Assembly (NCBI GenBank): GCA_964016885.1
Contig: OZ024749.1
Span: forward strand, 11,594,001-11,658,000
Origin: Eledone cirrhosa
Lineage: Eukaryota
Direction of reading: 5' to 3'
Length of the DNA stretch: 64,000 bases
Below the pieces are notes generated by a model that was not told the DNA's origin, did not search any database, and saw nothing but the letters and a program-made list of their open reading frames with translations. Numbering within the stretch: the stretch's first letter is position 1; each line of letters opens with the position of its first letter. Position numbers and translations under genes: made by a program. Shown here one piece after another: positions 62,801-64,000 of the stretch.

Positions 62801-64000
62801 TTTACCTTATTACCTGTATTAAATGTCTGTATTATTACCTGTATTATATGTCTCTGTTATTACCTTATTTACCTCTATTATATGTCTCTATTTATTTGTA
62901 TTATTTATCTGTATTATATGTGCAGTCTTACAATTATAACATTTTATTTTATCTTATAAACATACAGACGTATTGGAAGATTTAAACATTTTTTTTTTAG
63001 TTTTCCATTTCTGAAATATTTGAAGCAGACGATGAATAAAAAAAATATTTCTCTGACACTAACTAAAACAGCCAGGTTTCATAATATAATTAATATAATA
63101 TAATATAATCTAATGTAGTGTAGTGTAATGTAATGTAATGTAATATAATCTAAACTATAATAAAGTAAGGAGCGCGGGACTGCGTACGGTTTATAATTTG
63201 TTATCCCCTTAGTAAAATAAGGTGGATTATTTTGAATAAATAATGAATGAATATTACATAATTTATCTACTAAATTTCGTGGCTGTTCATTAAATATATT
63301 TTATTACTTATTTAAAGATTCACTTCTTTAAAATTTTCAAATGTCAACACTTCCGGTTAGCGATCGTTTAAATAAACATTCATATATTTCTGTCACTAAT
63401 TTTCTCCTAATGCAGTTTATATATAATATTGTCTTTTTTTAAATATATCATGGATTACGTTACTGATTACATAAGACAATGTAACACAGTCTTCGTTCAA
63501 TTTCTGTTTATATTGTCAATTATGATTTTATTTGATGTATCATATCTGCATGTATATATACTTGTGTATAATATCAATATACACATTACACATGCTAGCA
63601 GAAGGGTGGTTTTTCTGCTAGTGTAATGTAATGTAGTATAGTATAGTATAATATAATATAATATAGTATAGTATAATATAGTATAGTATAGTATAATATA
63701 ATATAATATAATGTAATGTAGTGTAGTGTAGTGTAGTGAAATGTAATATAATATAATATAATTGTTTCTACTTTTGGCACAAGGCCAGCAATTATCTCAG
63801 TGTATTACTGGTACTTTATTTTATCGACCCCGTAAGGTGAAAGGCAAAGATAACCTCGGCGGGATTTGAACTCGGACCATAAAGGGCCGTAACTCTTTGC
63901 TGCAAAGTATGGTGTCCGACTCTCTACCGATACTGCCAATCCTAGTTTCTGATTTTGGCACAAGGCCAGCGATTTTTGGTGGGGAGGGGAAAGTTGATTA

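Overview
AT-rich, repeat-dense animal genomic DNA. The SINE/RTE repertoire and (TA)n density suggest an octopod cephalopod (inference). One complete 7-exon + strand gene can be assembled with consistent splice phases (8430-46129, 711 aa): N-terminal SUMO-interacting motifs, an S/R/K-rich region, zinc fingers and a ZNF451-type C-terminal PIN domain. A 2-exon secreted VWC-domain gene is nested antisense in its intron 2. The rest is a decayed Helitron, RTE and CRE-like LINEs, Penelope fragments, a mariner fragment, TTAA MITEs, tRNA-SINEs and several large minisatellites. The most interesting signal is a set of short non-coding elements, from several sequence families, inserted in (TA)n tracts. 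They carry type I hammerhead ribozyme motifs, often as fold-back palindromes, and share a GAGYRCT motif and hairpin tail. Intact ribozyme cores inside the host gene occur only antisense. All calls are by eye, and repeat boundaries are approximate.
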